The notes under the pieces: generated by a model
What the model was told of the DNA's origin: nothing
Seen by the model: only the letters and a program-made list of their open reading frames with translations
Databases searched by the model: none
Position numbers and translations under genes: made by a program
Shown: one piece after another, positions 1-10,764 of the stretch
Position numbering within the stretch: the stretch's first letter is position 1
Layout: each line of letters starts with the position of its first letter
Assembly: GCF_037042905.1 (NCBI RefSeq)
Contig: NC_087250.1
Coordinates: 19,036,001-19,100,000, forward strand
From: Lytechinus pictus
Taxonomy: Eukaryota
Direction: 5' to 3'
Length of the DNA stretch: 64,000 nt

Positions 1-1007
1 TTGTATCATCCTTCACAATTTGCTTCGAAACACCGGCTCGGACAAACTGACGTGAATGTGGACCGTGAGGATGCGGATGGCAAGGTAATCTCCGGGGCCT
101 GGAGGAATGATGTACAGATGACCGAACCCGACCAGATGGTCGGCCAACGGGCCGCGAGGGAAGGAAAACCCCTAAGGAACTACTTCGCGAACTATTACAG
201 TTCCCCGCTCGGACGAATACCATGGCAGGATCTCGTTGTGTGAACGCAGGAACTCGTAATAAGCATTATTTCATTTCATAGAAATCTATGAAAAAGAATT
301 TTTTTTTAATTCTTGTTTTTATTTTATTTGGCGGACTAATACGGTTTCCCACTGTCTTTGTTTGAACTCATGATACACGATTCGATTTCATTTGTTTACA
401 TTCTACAACCTCTTCAAGCACTCATGATAACAAATTTTGGACATAGTTCATGAAATTCATGTATTATGTAGTGTGTGAATAAATAAGAATAAGGTCATTA
501 TGTGGAACATGGTAATAAAATATGACTTTGTGTTTTCTTGTTTATATATGAGCACAACGTGCGTTGTAAGTGCTGATCACATGCTTACTCCGCACGTGCA
601 CGTGAGTTCTTCACGTTCATTTGAATAATTAGATTGGGAAAGTGCCGAGTAAGCACGGGCCACGCAATTATCCGTGCGGCAACGCGCACTTGCTAAGTGC
701 ACCTTCGGTACAGGAAGTGGCCGCGGCGAATATCTAAAAAGTCTCACGGAGTCGGTGCGTTGTGCGTACTTTGGCAGTACCGAGGGCGTGCGTGCGCGCA
801 CGTGGGGCAAATCCGTAGCTCGAACGTAGCCTGCACGCAGCGAAAGTTCCTCCTGCACTAAAAGTTCTGCGTCGTGTCTGCGCACTGCCAAATCCGTACC
901 GAGTCGGTACTCATCACGTGCGTGACGTACGAATTTCCCGATTTTTGCCCACGTTTTCGCACGTAGACTGCGCGCACGTGCAAGTACGACGGGATGTGAA
1001 CACAGCT
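1..1007 (+). mobile_element. 3' end of a PIF/Harbinger DNA transposon: transposase C-terminus (1-243), 3' UTR, GC-rich subterminal repeats and right end
   Basis: ORF 1-243 ends in R..F..Y..SP.G.IPWQ, typical of Harbinger DDE nuclease C-termini. AATAAA occurs near 478. 577-1000 is rich in CACGT/GCACG motifs. The element ends ...GTGAACACAGCT followed by TTA (1008-1010), a TWA-type target. Confidence 0.7.
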
Positions 1008-1760
1008 TTACTGTCCACCCCCCTAACCACACATGTGACGCACAGAATGTCTTGTATTGCATAATGTGTACCAAATGCCCGGGGGTCACTTACATTGGTG
1101 AAACCAGCACCAAATTTCGCACCAGATTCAATAACCACAAAAGCTCCATCACCAAAAACAAAAAGGACTTTCCAGTGGCCGACCACTTCAACCTCCCTAA
1201 TCACTCTGTCAAAGATATCAAAGTCTGCATCTTCGGCGGAGGATACAGATCGGCAGAGGAACGGAAATGGGCTGAGCTGAGACATATCGTCAAAAGCCGC
1301 ACGTTTGAAAGTGGCCTGAACAAAGATCTGTCTTGGCTCAACGCATTCACATTCTATAGATAATCATATCTTTTTCCTCTTTGCCTTAATTTCCTTAATT
1401 CAGCTATCTTGTTTATTATGATCTCTCTGTGCAATGTGCAGCGTGCGCGGTCTCAGTTAGACACTCTTATTATTACGAAATATTTTTATTGTTACGAAAC
1501 CTAAATCATACTCTTTTATTATTACGTAACTTACGTCATTAATGGTCTATTACCCAAAAGCGCGCACTATACATTCATAACAGCATTTTGCGCAGCTAGC
1601 AGTTGTTACCCTAGTCCCGCTGAGATCGCACACGCTTTAATAAAAACAACTGTCATTCAAACTTGTCACAATTCACGAATCTTCCCTGAAGAAGGTAGAT
1701 GTCTACCGAAAATTTGGAGATTGAATAAAAGAACTTAACTGTTGGCACTTCAAAAACTGC
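1008..1760 (+). mobile_element. Penelope-like retroelement 3' part: GIY-YIG endonuclease (to stop at 1363) and 3' region
   Basis: The frame reads FTVHPPNHTCDAQNVLYCIMCTKCPGVTYIGETSTKFRTRFNNH...VADHF...GLN, a PLE-type GIY-YIG domain with CxxC. A hammerhead-like motif and AATAAA (1724) lie downstream. Confidence 0.85.
1678..1722 (+). ncRNA. Minimal type I hammerhead ribozyme-like motif of the Penelope element
   Basis: Parsed as AATC(T)TCC [stem I] - CTGAAGA-A - GGTAGA-TG-TCTACC [stem II] - GAAA-ATTT - GGAGATT [stem I']. Confidence 0.65.
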
Positions 1761-1832
1761 ATTACTCGTGAATTTGTTTCGCATTTCTGATGTCTTATTA
1801 TTATTATTGCCAATACGTGGAAAACCAAGATG

Positions 1833-1833
<1 letters not shown>

Positions 1834-1868
<35 letters not shown>

Positions 1869-1925
1869 TATGTGTGTGAGGGTGTGTGTGTGTGTGTGTG
1901 AGTGTGCGTGGGTGTGTGTGTATAT
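1834..1925. repeat. (TA)n/(TG)n compound microsatellite
   Basis: Directly visible. Confidence 0.95.
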
Positions 1926-2044
1926 AAAATTTTAAATACAAAATATACTGAATGTTTGATGTGAATGTCTTAAGGGTCTGTGGCTGATTCGCCAAAGGAG
2001 AATTTGATATTAACCTCTATATCTTCTTGTCATTTTTTTCAAAG

Positions 2045-2261
2045 GAAATAAGAATGGAGCTAAATAGCTTAAAACAGAAAATCCTGCCCACCCACACCTC
2101 AGTCGTCTTGGTCTTCATGAGCCATGGGGTTCCAGAGGGCATTCTTGGTACTGACCAGAAGGTCGTAACCGTCGAGGAAATCAAGAACATGTTCTCGGGG
2201 AACAACTGTCAAGCCTTGATCGGAAAACCAAAGATCATGTTCTTTCAGGCCTGCAGAGGAG
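2045..2261 (+). CDS. Caspase exon, large subunit with catalytic His (SHG) and Cys (QACRG); upstream exons lie outside the window
   Basis: Reads VVLVFMSHG...GKPKIMFFQACRG. Acceptor ttttttcaaag at 2044, donor gtaatt at 2262 (phase 1). Confidence 0.93.
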
Positions 2262-2843
2262 GTAATTATGCAAGAAAGGGCCCATGCCCACTTCCTTCCC
2301 CCTATAAAAAAAATGTTGTATTTCCCCCTGCAATAATGCAAACATTTCATATACTTCCTCATAGGATGTGAATTCATCTTATCAAATTATTTCGATTTAG
2401 TGGAGCCTTATCATAAAAAATGATATCTTTATATTTATTATAAAATACAAAGAGTCTGTATGTGATATCGGCTCCCTTGTTCATGTCATTTGCATACTGA
2501 CCTAGATGTGTACATATAACTGCTTTGAAAAATTAAGTGAAACTAAAAAAATGGCTCACCTTTCTGACTTTAACATCAGCTTTTGGGGGGGGGGGGTTCA
2601 GTTACATGCTTACCTCTCATATTCCTCTATTTGTTCAAATCATCTTATTGTTTATGGACTTATAGCTTTTATAAGAGTTTGGAGACAGGGAACAAATTTG
2701 ATGGGTAAATCGATAATATTGAACCTATTATTCAATTTTAACCAATCATATATCTTATATGTGCATGTGAAGGCAATTGCCACCAACCATGGACCTGTAC
2801 GACCGCACACCATCAAACCGAGGACGTTAATTTCGTAATCATT

Positions 2844-3042
2844 GGAGGCGCAATAGCTCAGTCGGTAGAGCGGGGGTTTCGGATTCCGGTGACCCGGGTT
2901 CGATTCCCAAGTGGTGCGCTAGTGCCCTTTGGTAAGGCATTTATCCTCATTACCAGGTCCCTCGGAGAGGACCTTAAGCCGTTGGTCCCCTGGTTGCTTG
3001 TTCACAGGCATTCGTGCTTATTTAGCAGTCAGGTAAAAAAAC
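2844..3042 (+). mobile_element. tRNA-derived SINE in caspase intron
   Basis: A-box TAGCTCAGTCGG, B-box GGTTCGATTCC, a CORE-like segment GTGCCCTTTGGTAAGGCATTTA and an A-rich tail. Confidence 0.85.
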
Positions 3043-3268
3043 CTCGATATAAGATATAAGAATACGTGGACAGTACTCAATTCTGTAGACACTCTAAATG
3101 CTTCAAATCCAATTCAGAGGGCGCTACAACACTGTAAAATAGTAAATTGTATTCTCCCCTAGCATACCCGGATGCAACCCACAAGTGTCCACTCTTGTAA
3201 GAGTGTGTGTCCCCGCTTTCCTACGTTATGGCAGGGTGCCTGTTGTACCTTTTTGTCTTTCTTTACAG

Positions 3269-3523
3269 ATAAAGTTACTCCATGTGCTTCCTCGAATAAC
3301 ACACCCCTTGAAGCAGGGACCGAGAAGTGCGATGGCATCGTGAGCACTGATGGGTTAACAACAGGTGGAAGAGTTGCACTAGCCAAAGACGATGGGGAAA
3401 GCTCGAAACCAGATAGGTCCATGGTCAAACCATCACCTGATAACATCAAAGGAGATGAGGTGGATACCGACGGTGGGGTACCAGATAATGCCGATGTCTA
3501 CATTGCTCATGCTACTTCTGAAG
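3269..3523 (+). CDS. Caspase exon: long intersubunit linker and start of small subunit
   Basis: Acceptor ctttacag, donor gtaagc, phase 1/1 matching the neighbouring exons. Ends PDNADVYIAHATSEG, equivalent to the caspase P..AD.L..Y.T..G motif. Confidence 0.88.
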
Positions 3524-3534
3524 GTAAGCGTGGT

Positions 3535-3790
3535 GGTTTATTCTCATTTGGTCCAATGTCAATTCGTCGAATATCCACATGGTCTAATTGCCATTTCGTC
3601 TAATAGCCAGTTGGTCCAATATCCATTTAATCTGTACACCATTTGGTCTAATTAGACTTAATGTTTATTGTGCAAAATGAATGAAAATAAAATGGATATT
3701 AGACTAACTGGTTACGAGACGAAATGGTCATAGACGAACTGGTGACTCGACGAAGTGATGATTTGACAGAAGACGAATTGGCAATTTGTC
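3535..3790. mobile_element. MITE with internally repetitive arms and 8-bp TSD
   Basis: TSD AGCGTGGT at 3527-3534 and 3791-3798. Left arm has CATTTGGTC-like repeats, right arm has GACGAA-like repeats. Confidence 0.65.
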
Positions 3791-5250
3791 AGCGTGGTAA
3801 GGGAGAATAGAAAGAGAGGAAGAGAGTGGAGTTTCTATATAGTTTGGCTCTTACCAAGCTTACGAAAGAGTGGACCTCCCAAGGCTTGTGTGGGATTGTA
3901 AAGATATGTGTGAGAGATAGAGGGAGGGGGGTAGAGAAATATGGTGTATCAGTTAGGGGCGGCGGCCAGGGGGCACTAGGATTTTGATGGGTAAGCGTGT
4001 ACGTGTTGCCCCAAAAATATGAAACCATACCCTTGAGAACGGACGTTGAGGGGCTCTTTGGCCCTCTGCAAATGGGGCGTTTGAGAACTGGAATTTAACA
4101 TGAAATGAGGGTATTGAGAACTGACACTGAAATGAGCGGCTAAAGAACGGGATGGTCAATGAAAAGTGATGAAAATTATATGCTTGGGAACTGCTAGCTA
4201 GCAAGGCGTTAAAAGGGGGTCTTAATTGTAAAAAAATACTGTCGCTATACGTCAGTGCCGCCCCCCCCCCCCCCCGAGGCCCATGGGTGAGATGAGTGAT
4301 AGGTCTTGTGTGGGGGTCGTAAAGATATGTGGGAGAGGAGGAGGGTAGAGAAAGATGGTTTGTATGTTAGGGTGAAGGACATGAGTAGACATGTGTGTTA
4401 TGGTGGGCATGATCGGTGTGCCATACTGATTTTTCTATATATTTTATAATTAAAAAAATCATATTGCAAAGTGAGAACCAGAGAGTATTAATTCGAGAGG
4501 CGCAGCCAGGAAATAATTACACACAGGAACACATTCAGGATGATATGACGTAGAAGATGAGCTCACTAGGTGAAAGGAGAGGGGGAGGGGGGCAAATGGA
4601 GCATTCCAAGCAGTGGCGGATAAAAGTAGAGGCACATCCCCGGACCGTGCCCCTACCCATTTTGTGAGGCATACATAATATTTGTTTTTGTCGAATGTGT
4701 CTACGCAAGTGGGGACATTCCTTCTTTTCTTTTTTTTTGCTTGTCAAACTTTTCCTGAAACAAAATGACCTGCATTTTGGAGTGAAAACATTTTATTATT
4801 TTTTTGTTTGTAAAAAAAAATTCCCTTCCATAAATCACCATTAATTGGCGGTGAAGACCTTTTTGAGGGGACTTATTATATTTCGTAAAAAATCCTCCAA
4901 CTTTTTAAAACCTTTGGTCCCCCCCCCCCTCATAATTTTAAACTTAATCACAATCTTTGAATTAATTGCTAAATTTACAATTGATTGCTCATCTACTACT
5001 TGCGACAAGTATAAATTGATTTGTTTTCGTTACGATTTACGTATCACTTTTATATTTTCAACTGACGGTTGCAATTGATTGCAAAAAATGGTTTCTTGCA
5101 ACACTTCCCTACAAAAGAAAAAAAACAACAGGTGTGAGAGGAGGCAGACAGAGAGGGTTGGTAAAAAGAAACACTACAAAAAGGGAAGGACAAAAGAACG
5201 TTTAAGTTAATGAATGCCATCGTATCTCTTATGTAATGACATAAGCTCAG

Positions 5251-5525
5251 AACCCCGTCTTACGAAGAGTTGCGATAGATCTGGTCAATCTTACCTCAAT
5301 AGAAATCCATCAATGTCATAATTTTTTATACAGGAAATATGCACAATGTATTTTTGTAAACAAAGGCCACGCTTAACGATCAAGAAAACAATAAAAGTAT
5401 GAAATATACATCATATCTAAATATACATATATTTTGAACAATCATGAATTTTAGTTGTTGACGTTACTGGCTTTCCATAGTTGTGGCTGATCGGATCAAT
5501 CGTAAGTCTTTGTAAGACATGGTCC
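5251..5525. mobile_element. MITE in caspase intron
   Basis: Imperfect TIRs CCCCGTCTTACGAAGAGTTGCGAT / ATCGTAAGTCTTTGTAAGACATGG. Confidence 0.55.
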
Positions 5526-5559
5526 TGGTTAACTTTGCAAAATGTTATTCGATTGGCAG

Positions 5560-5669
5560 GCTATTTCTCGCTACGTGACAAGCAAAACGGATCGTGGTTC
5601 ATCCAAGCCCTTTGTGAGGAGTTAATCGCTAGTGCGCATGCCCATCATCTTGATGACATCATGATGAAG
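5560..5669 (+). CDS. Caspase exon, small subunit
   Basis: Reads GYFSLRDKQNGSWFIQALCEEL...LDDIMMK. Acceptor ggcag, donor gtgaga (phase 0). Confidence 0.92.
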
Positions 5670-6118
5670 GTGAGATCTCTGTCAATATTTTGTCTCCTTT
5701 TATTAAACCTATATTTTGGGTCTATTTCTATAATAATCATAATTGATAATAAATATATCTGCTTTTTAGCGCTTACCACTTACTTTATCAGAAGTCTCTA
5801 AGTGCTCTCAAGTAATGCAGCAGAACAATGATCACGTATGGCGTTATATTTTATTTTTTAATCAATAAAGCAGCGGTTCTTTTGGGGAAAAATATATGAA
5901 AATGGGTAGTTTGAAATTTCGAAACCCGTTTGCACTGTATATTAGCAATTATTTGTCGTAGAGACTATCACATTATTTGTAAGGTTTGCATTAAAACAGA
6001 TCTATATTTTTAAGATGCTGAATAAACATCAGAAAAATAAACTTATTCTGGATGAAAGGTGAAAAAGAGATACTTAAATGAATAATACAAATATCTTTAT
6101 AAAATATGATGCATGCAG

Positions 6119-6295
6119 GTAACAGATAGAGTAAAGCAACACGAAGCTAATATTGTGGTAAGAGGAAAACGACGACTCACTCTACAGACCCCGCAGATTG
6201 TCAAACAAGGAATAGGAAAGAAGATCTACTTCTTACCAAAATATCAACCGGTGCACCGACGATCCAAGGCCACTGAACTTAAGTCTCATTTGTGA
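6119..6295 (+). CDS. Caspase terminal exon
   Basis: Reads VTDRVK...QTPQ...GKKIYFLP...KSHL*, matching the caspase V...V....Q.P......K..YF tail. Acceptor atgcag at 6118. Confidence 0.88.
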   Translation, partial: VTDRVKQHEANIVVRGKRRLTLQTPQIVKQGIGKKIYFLPKYQPVHRRSKATELKSHL

Positions 6296-6765
6296 GCTTG
6301 CAATTTAAGACGGGGTTTCAGGAATGCCCGGCATCTGTCAGGAACGGTCAAGGGTCAAATCAAATGTTGAAGGAATCGATCCTGTCAATACTACCCAGTA
6401 CATAATCAAGCTATTTTTTTTTTCTTTTGTTACTTTTTGTGTAACATGTGTAATACGCAGTAAAACGCTGATTACTATATGAACTATAGCTGTTAAATAC
6501 TTCAAACAACTGGAGGTTAAACAACTAGGGGAATCTAATAGTTCAAGCTATTAAATAAGTTTAGTTATACGATATTTCAAACAAGTGATTAAACATTCAA
6601 ACAAATATGCTTAATTTATTGAAATTAACTGTTAAAAAATGAACAGCTGTTGTAAGAAAACAGCATTATCAAAAATGTAAAACATCTTTTACTGTGTAGA
6701 ACAACCCTAGAAAAAGAACAAGTCATGCACTTATTAATTCATGTAGAACTACAATTGTGAACACA

Positions 6766-6992
6766 CATTGGCGTCGGAAGCCAAAAATTTTAGATGGGAC
6801 CACCCAATTTTTTTGACAAGCAAAAAAAAGGTTATCAACCAAAAATTTAAGGGAGGGACCACCAAAATTTTAGGGGGGACGCAGGAAACAAAATTCACAA
6901 GAAAAAAAAAAGATTATCAACAACAAATTTAGGGGGGATCGTCCCCCACCTCAAATTTAGGGGGGACACGACCCCCGCCTCCGCCGCCTATG
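6766..6992. mobile_element. hAT-like MITE
   Basis: TSD TGAACACA (6758-6765 and 6993-7000). TIR CATTGGCGTCGGAAGC / GCCTCCGCCGCCTATG. Confidence 0.8.
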
Positions 6993-7089
6993 TGAACACA
7001 GAAAAACAACTGTAGTATGTGCATGAAAAGAAAACCAAATTCTGAGCATTGGAAAAATTTGCCACAGAAGATATATGTATGGGCGACAG

Positions 7090-9830
7090 TATACAAATAG
7101 CGAATAGGCATGAGTGCGATTGTGCGAGACTTCGCATGAGGTGAAAGAAAGATGCTCTATTCAACGAGGCGTTAGCCGAGTTGAATAGAGCGTTTCTTTC
7201 ATTCACCGAATCTCGCACCATTGCACGAATAAGAATATTCGCTATATGTGTTGTAAAATGGTTAAAAATGCAGAAATTCAGTATAATAGGATACTACATT
7301 CAAAATTGCGTAAAACTAAATTTAATCAGCCTAGTGAATATTGGAATATGCTCACCTCATTGAATGCTAAAAGGAATCAAATTGACACACTCGAAGAGCA
7401 CTTTCGAAATCTTAGCCAGACGCTAAACACTACTCAGGATTTTCCTTTACCAACCACTGTCGCAATAAGTTCACTGAACGAATATTTGAACAGACCTATA
7501 GATATCGACGAATTGGTCGCGCAAGTAAAACGTTTAAAAAATGGTAAAGCATATGCAATGGTGTTGATCAAATTCTTAATGAATTTTTGAAAAACTTGTA
7601 TTGTTCTTTTATTTAACATTGTTTTGACACCGGTGTAGTTCACACTGATTGGACAATTAGACTAATTAGACCTCTATATAAAAAAGGAGATCCAAAAGAC
7701 CGGAATAATTTTCTAGGTATTACTTTGCTTAGTTGTCTAGGTAAATTATTCACAAGTATTGTGAATAAAAGGTTAACAACTTATCTTGAAGGCAATGATA
7801 TACTTGGTGAAGAACAGGCTGGTTTCAGAAATGGTCATTCGACTCTTGATCATATTTTGTACTGCATTCAATAATTGATTTGTACTTATCTGAGAGCGAA
7901 AGGGTATATTGTGCATTCATCGATTACAAAAAAGCATTTGATCGAGTAGATAGATCGGCTCTTTGGTTGAAATTAATGAATAGCAATGTTAATGGAAAGT
8001 TTTTCAAAATTATATATAATATGTATGGCCAGGCAAAATCGTGTGTAATAAAAGATAACGAAATATCTTCCCTATTTGAATGTAATATTGGAATTAGACA
8101 AGGAGAAAACCTATCACCTATGCTCTTTGCTCTCTTTCTAAATGACTTCAGTTGTTTTCTCCAGGATAGATGTCATGGCTTGAATGTTTTACCCAAAAAA
8201 ATTAATACACATGCTCGACAAAATGAGATACAAGTGTACATTAAGTTGTTCACATTGCTTTATGCCGATGATACTTTGATTTTAGCTGAATCTCCTGATG
8301 ATTTACAAACTGCCTTAAATGCGTTATATGAATATTGTAATATTTGGTCTTTACATGTCAACTCAGATAAGACAAAGGTTGTTGTTTTCTCTAGGGGTAA
8401 AGTGTGAAAATTACCGTCCTTTCATTTCTACAATCAGTAGTTGGTGAGTATGTATATTTAGGAATAACCTTCAATTATAATAACAGATTTAAAAAAAGCG
8501 CAGACGAAACAATTGAACCAAGCCAGAAGAGCTTGTTAACAAAGTCATATTCATTGGACTTGCCTATTGATATAATGTTAGAATTATTTGACCAACTTAA
8601 CAGTTCTTCTGTATGGCAGTGAAATCTTGGGATTCGAAGTTCTACGAGATCTTGATATATTTCACATGAAGTTTTGTAAGCAAATTTTAAAGTTGAAAAA
8701 TCAACAGCTAATTGTATGGTGTTAGGCAAACTAGGTAGATATGGTCTTGAAAAATATATCTCTAATAGAAAATGATTAATTTCTGGTGTAGTTTAGAACA
8801 TGTTGGGGAAAACATTATTATCGGGAATGATATATAGAATTTTGAAGGTTTTGTATAATGAGGACGTATATAAATCTTCATGGCTTAACAAAATTAAATC
8901 TATCGATATGCTAGGAATGTCTGATTTATGGTATACATGTGAAACCACAAACAGCACTTGGATCAAACGTACAATTGATTAACGTTTAAAAGATTGCCTC
9001 TTTCAAAATTGGTACTCGGAAATGTAAGATAATCATCAATGTAATAATTATCGGATCTATAAAAAGTCTCTTGAATTAGAAAAATACATGATTGTTTTTC
9101 CTAAAAAATATCGTATATGCTTTTCAAAATTCCGCTGTGAAAACCATCGTCTACCAATAGTTATAGGGAGGTATGAAAACGTTGAAAGATATAATAGAAT
9201 TTGCAATCTGTGTCAATCACAACTTATAGGCGATGGATACCATTATTTGTTTGTTTGTCCGGCTTTTTCAGCAGAGAGAAAATTATATTTAGACAATTAC
9301 TTCACAAAGAGGCTTAACACTTACAAAATGGAAAAATTATTCTACACAGCTAAATTAAACACAATTCTCAATCTGGCTAAATTTTGTAAAATAATTATGT
9401 TTCGCTTCTGATAGAGTAATCAAAGAATAAAAGTATTCATTTATTTCTTTTTATTTGTCTTCTGATAATTCATCTTGATTACCATATAGATATAGATATC
9501 ACATATGTATTATTTGATAAACTGTTTAATCTTTGTATTAAGTTTGCTGCTGGTGCCTTTGTGCGCATCATGTTTTACTTTTTTATGTTAATTCTAAAAT
9601 TTAGTAATTCAAGAAATAATGTATTTATATCTTATTATAATATGTTATTATAATATTTTAGTGAAATATGTGGGTTTCTTGTTTGTATTTTTTGTTCATA
9701 TATATTTTTTGTAAATATGTTTAAAATTTAAATGCAAATATATGTTTCAAATGTTGTTGTGTTCTTCAATACCCGTTGGGGTGATCTCAGAATAAATATT
9801 ACTGTCATTACTGTCAATACTGTCATTACC
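7090..9830 (+). mobile_element. Decayed, 5'-truncated non-LTR retrotransposon (RT plus C-terminal Zn finger; clade uncertain, RTE-X-like)
   Basis: Motifs FIDYKKAFD, GIRQGENLSP, LLYADD, YLGI and CxxC...HYLFVC are spread over frameshifted ORFs. AATAAA at 9792 is followed by a tandem TTACTGTCA tail. Confidence 0.9.
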
Positions 9831-9867
9831 TTCATTTTTACTGAGCGCAATGAATTAAATCGTATTT

Positions 9868-10012
9868 ACCGTGTTTACATGTGATCGGCTTTTGCATCGG
9901 CTCGCGGTTCTGAGCCGATGCAGCGTGTAAACGCGGTGCAAGATAAACCCAAAAGCCGATTCTGCATCGGCTCGCGGTTCTGAACCAAAAGCTGATCACA
10001 TGTAAACACGGT
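9868..10012. mobile_element. Short MITE
   Basis: TIR ACCGTGTTTACATGTGATC / GATCACATGTAAACACGGT. Confidence 0.7.
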
Positions 10013-10184
10013 AATTGTGACGTCACATCATAAAGCCGTGCAACGGTACATTTTGGACGGTACATTTTGGATGGTACGTCTTTTGTGCAACGGTACGAAT
10101 GTTTGACATTCAGCCTCCCATTTGCTCGCGTACAACAAGCTAAGTAGGCGTTGTACAAAACACAATAGTGGACAATGACAGTCA

Positions 10185-10525
10185 AGGGGCCCGTTGCATA
10201 AAGAGTTGCGATCAAACGCAACTCAAAAAAAAAAACTTGATTTTCAGCCAATGAAGCAACCATATTCAGGACTTGTGCTTGATATTTTTACATGCGTTTA
10301 AACGAAACTTTTTTTGCAACAGGCCCCTGATCGGATAACCTTCAATCAAGAGCATTTATGTACAATGTCCATCAAGTCTGGGTCCCGTTTCAAAAAGACT
10401 TGTTATAATAAGGAATTCCCAATTTATATAACAAGTGTACTATCAGCCAATCAAATCGAAGGATTTCCGTAGCTTTAAACTGTTATAGCAAATTTGTTAT
10501 AAGACATTTTATGAAACGGGCCCAT
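10185..10525. mobile_element. Two adjacent small MITEs (about 10185-10330 and 10380-10525)
   Basis: TIR pairs GGGGCCCGTTGCA/TGCAACAGGCCCC and GGGTCCCGTTTCA/TGAAACGGGCCC. Confidence 0.65.
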
Positions 10526-10764
10526 GTAGTACGTAGGATGTAAAGTAATCACTATTACCAACGTTTGTCAAAAATATCACTTATCTACATGAGTAATACA
10601 TACATTTTGGAAAATAAATTTGGGTATTCAAAAATATAAATGTATCGCATCGTTCTCTTTACTTGATAATTTGGGTCTATTCTTTTATATTTTCTTATGT
10701 CTGGAACGTCAGGGAGATTGTGATAACATGAATACATGTTGATTATTTCGATGTTGGAACTGTG

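Noticed and set aside
577..1089. 170-aa minus-strand ORF
   Set aside because: It overlaps the GC-rich Harbinger subterminal region and has no recognisable motif.
2844..2920. Possible tRNA gene (also 44859-44935)
   Set aside because: Each continues into a SINE body and tail, the second has a TSD, and no convincing acceptor stem or terminator follows.
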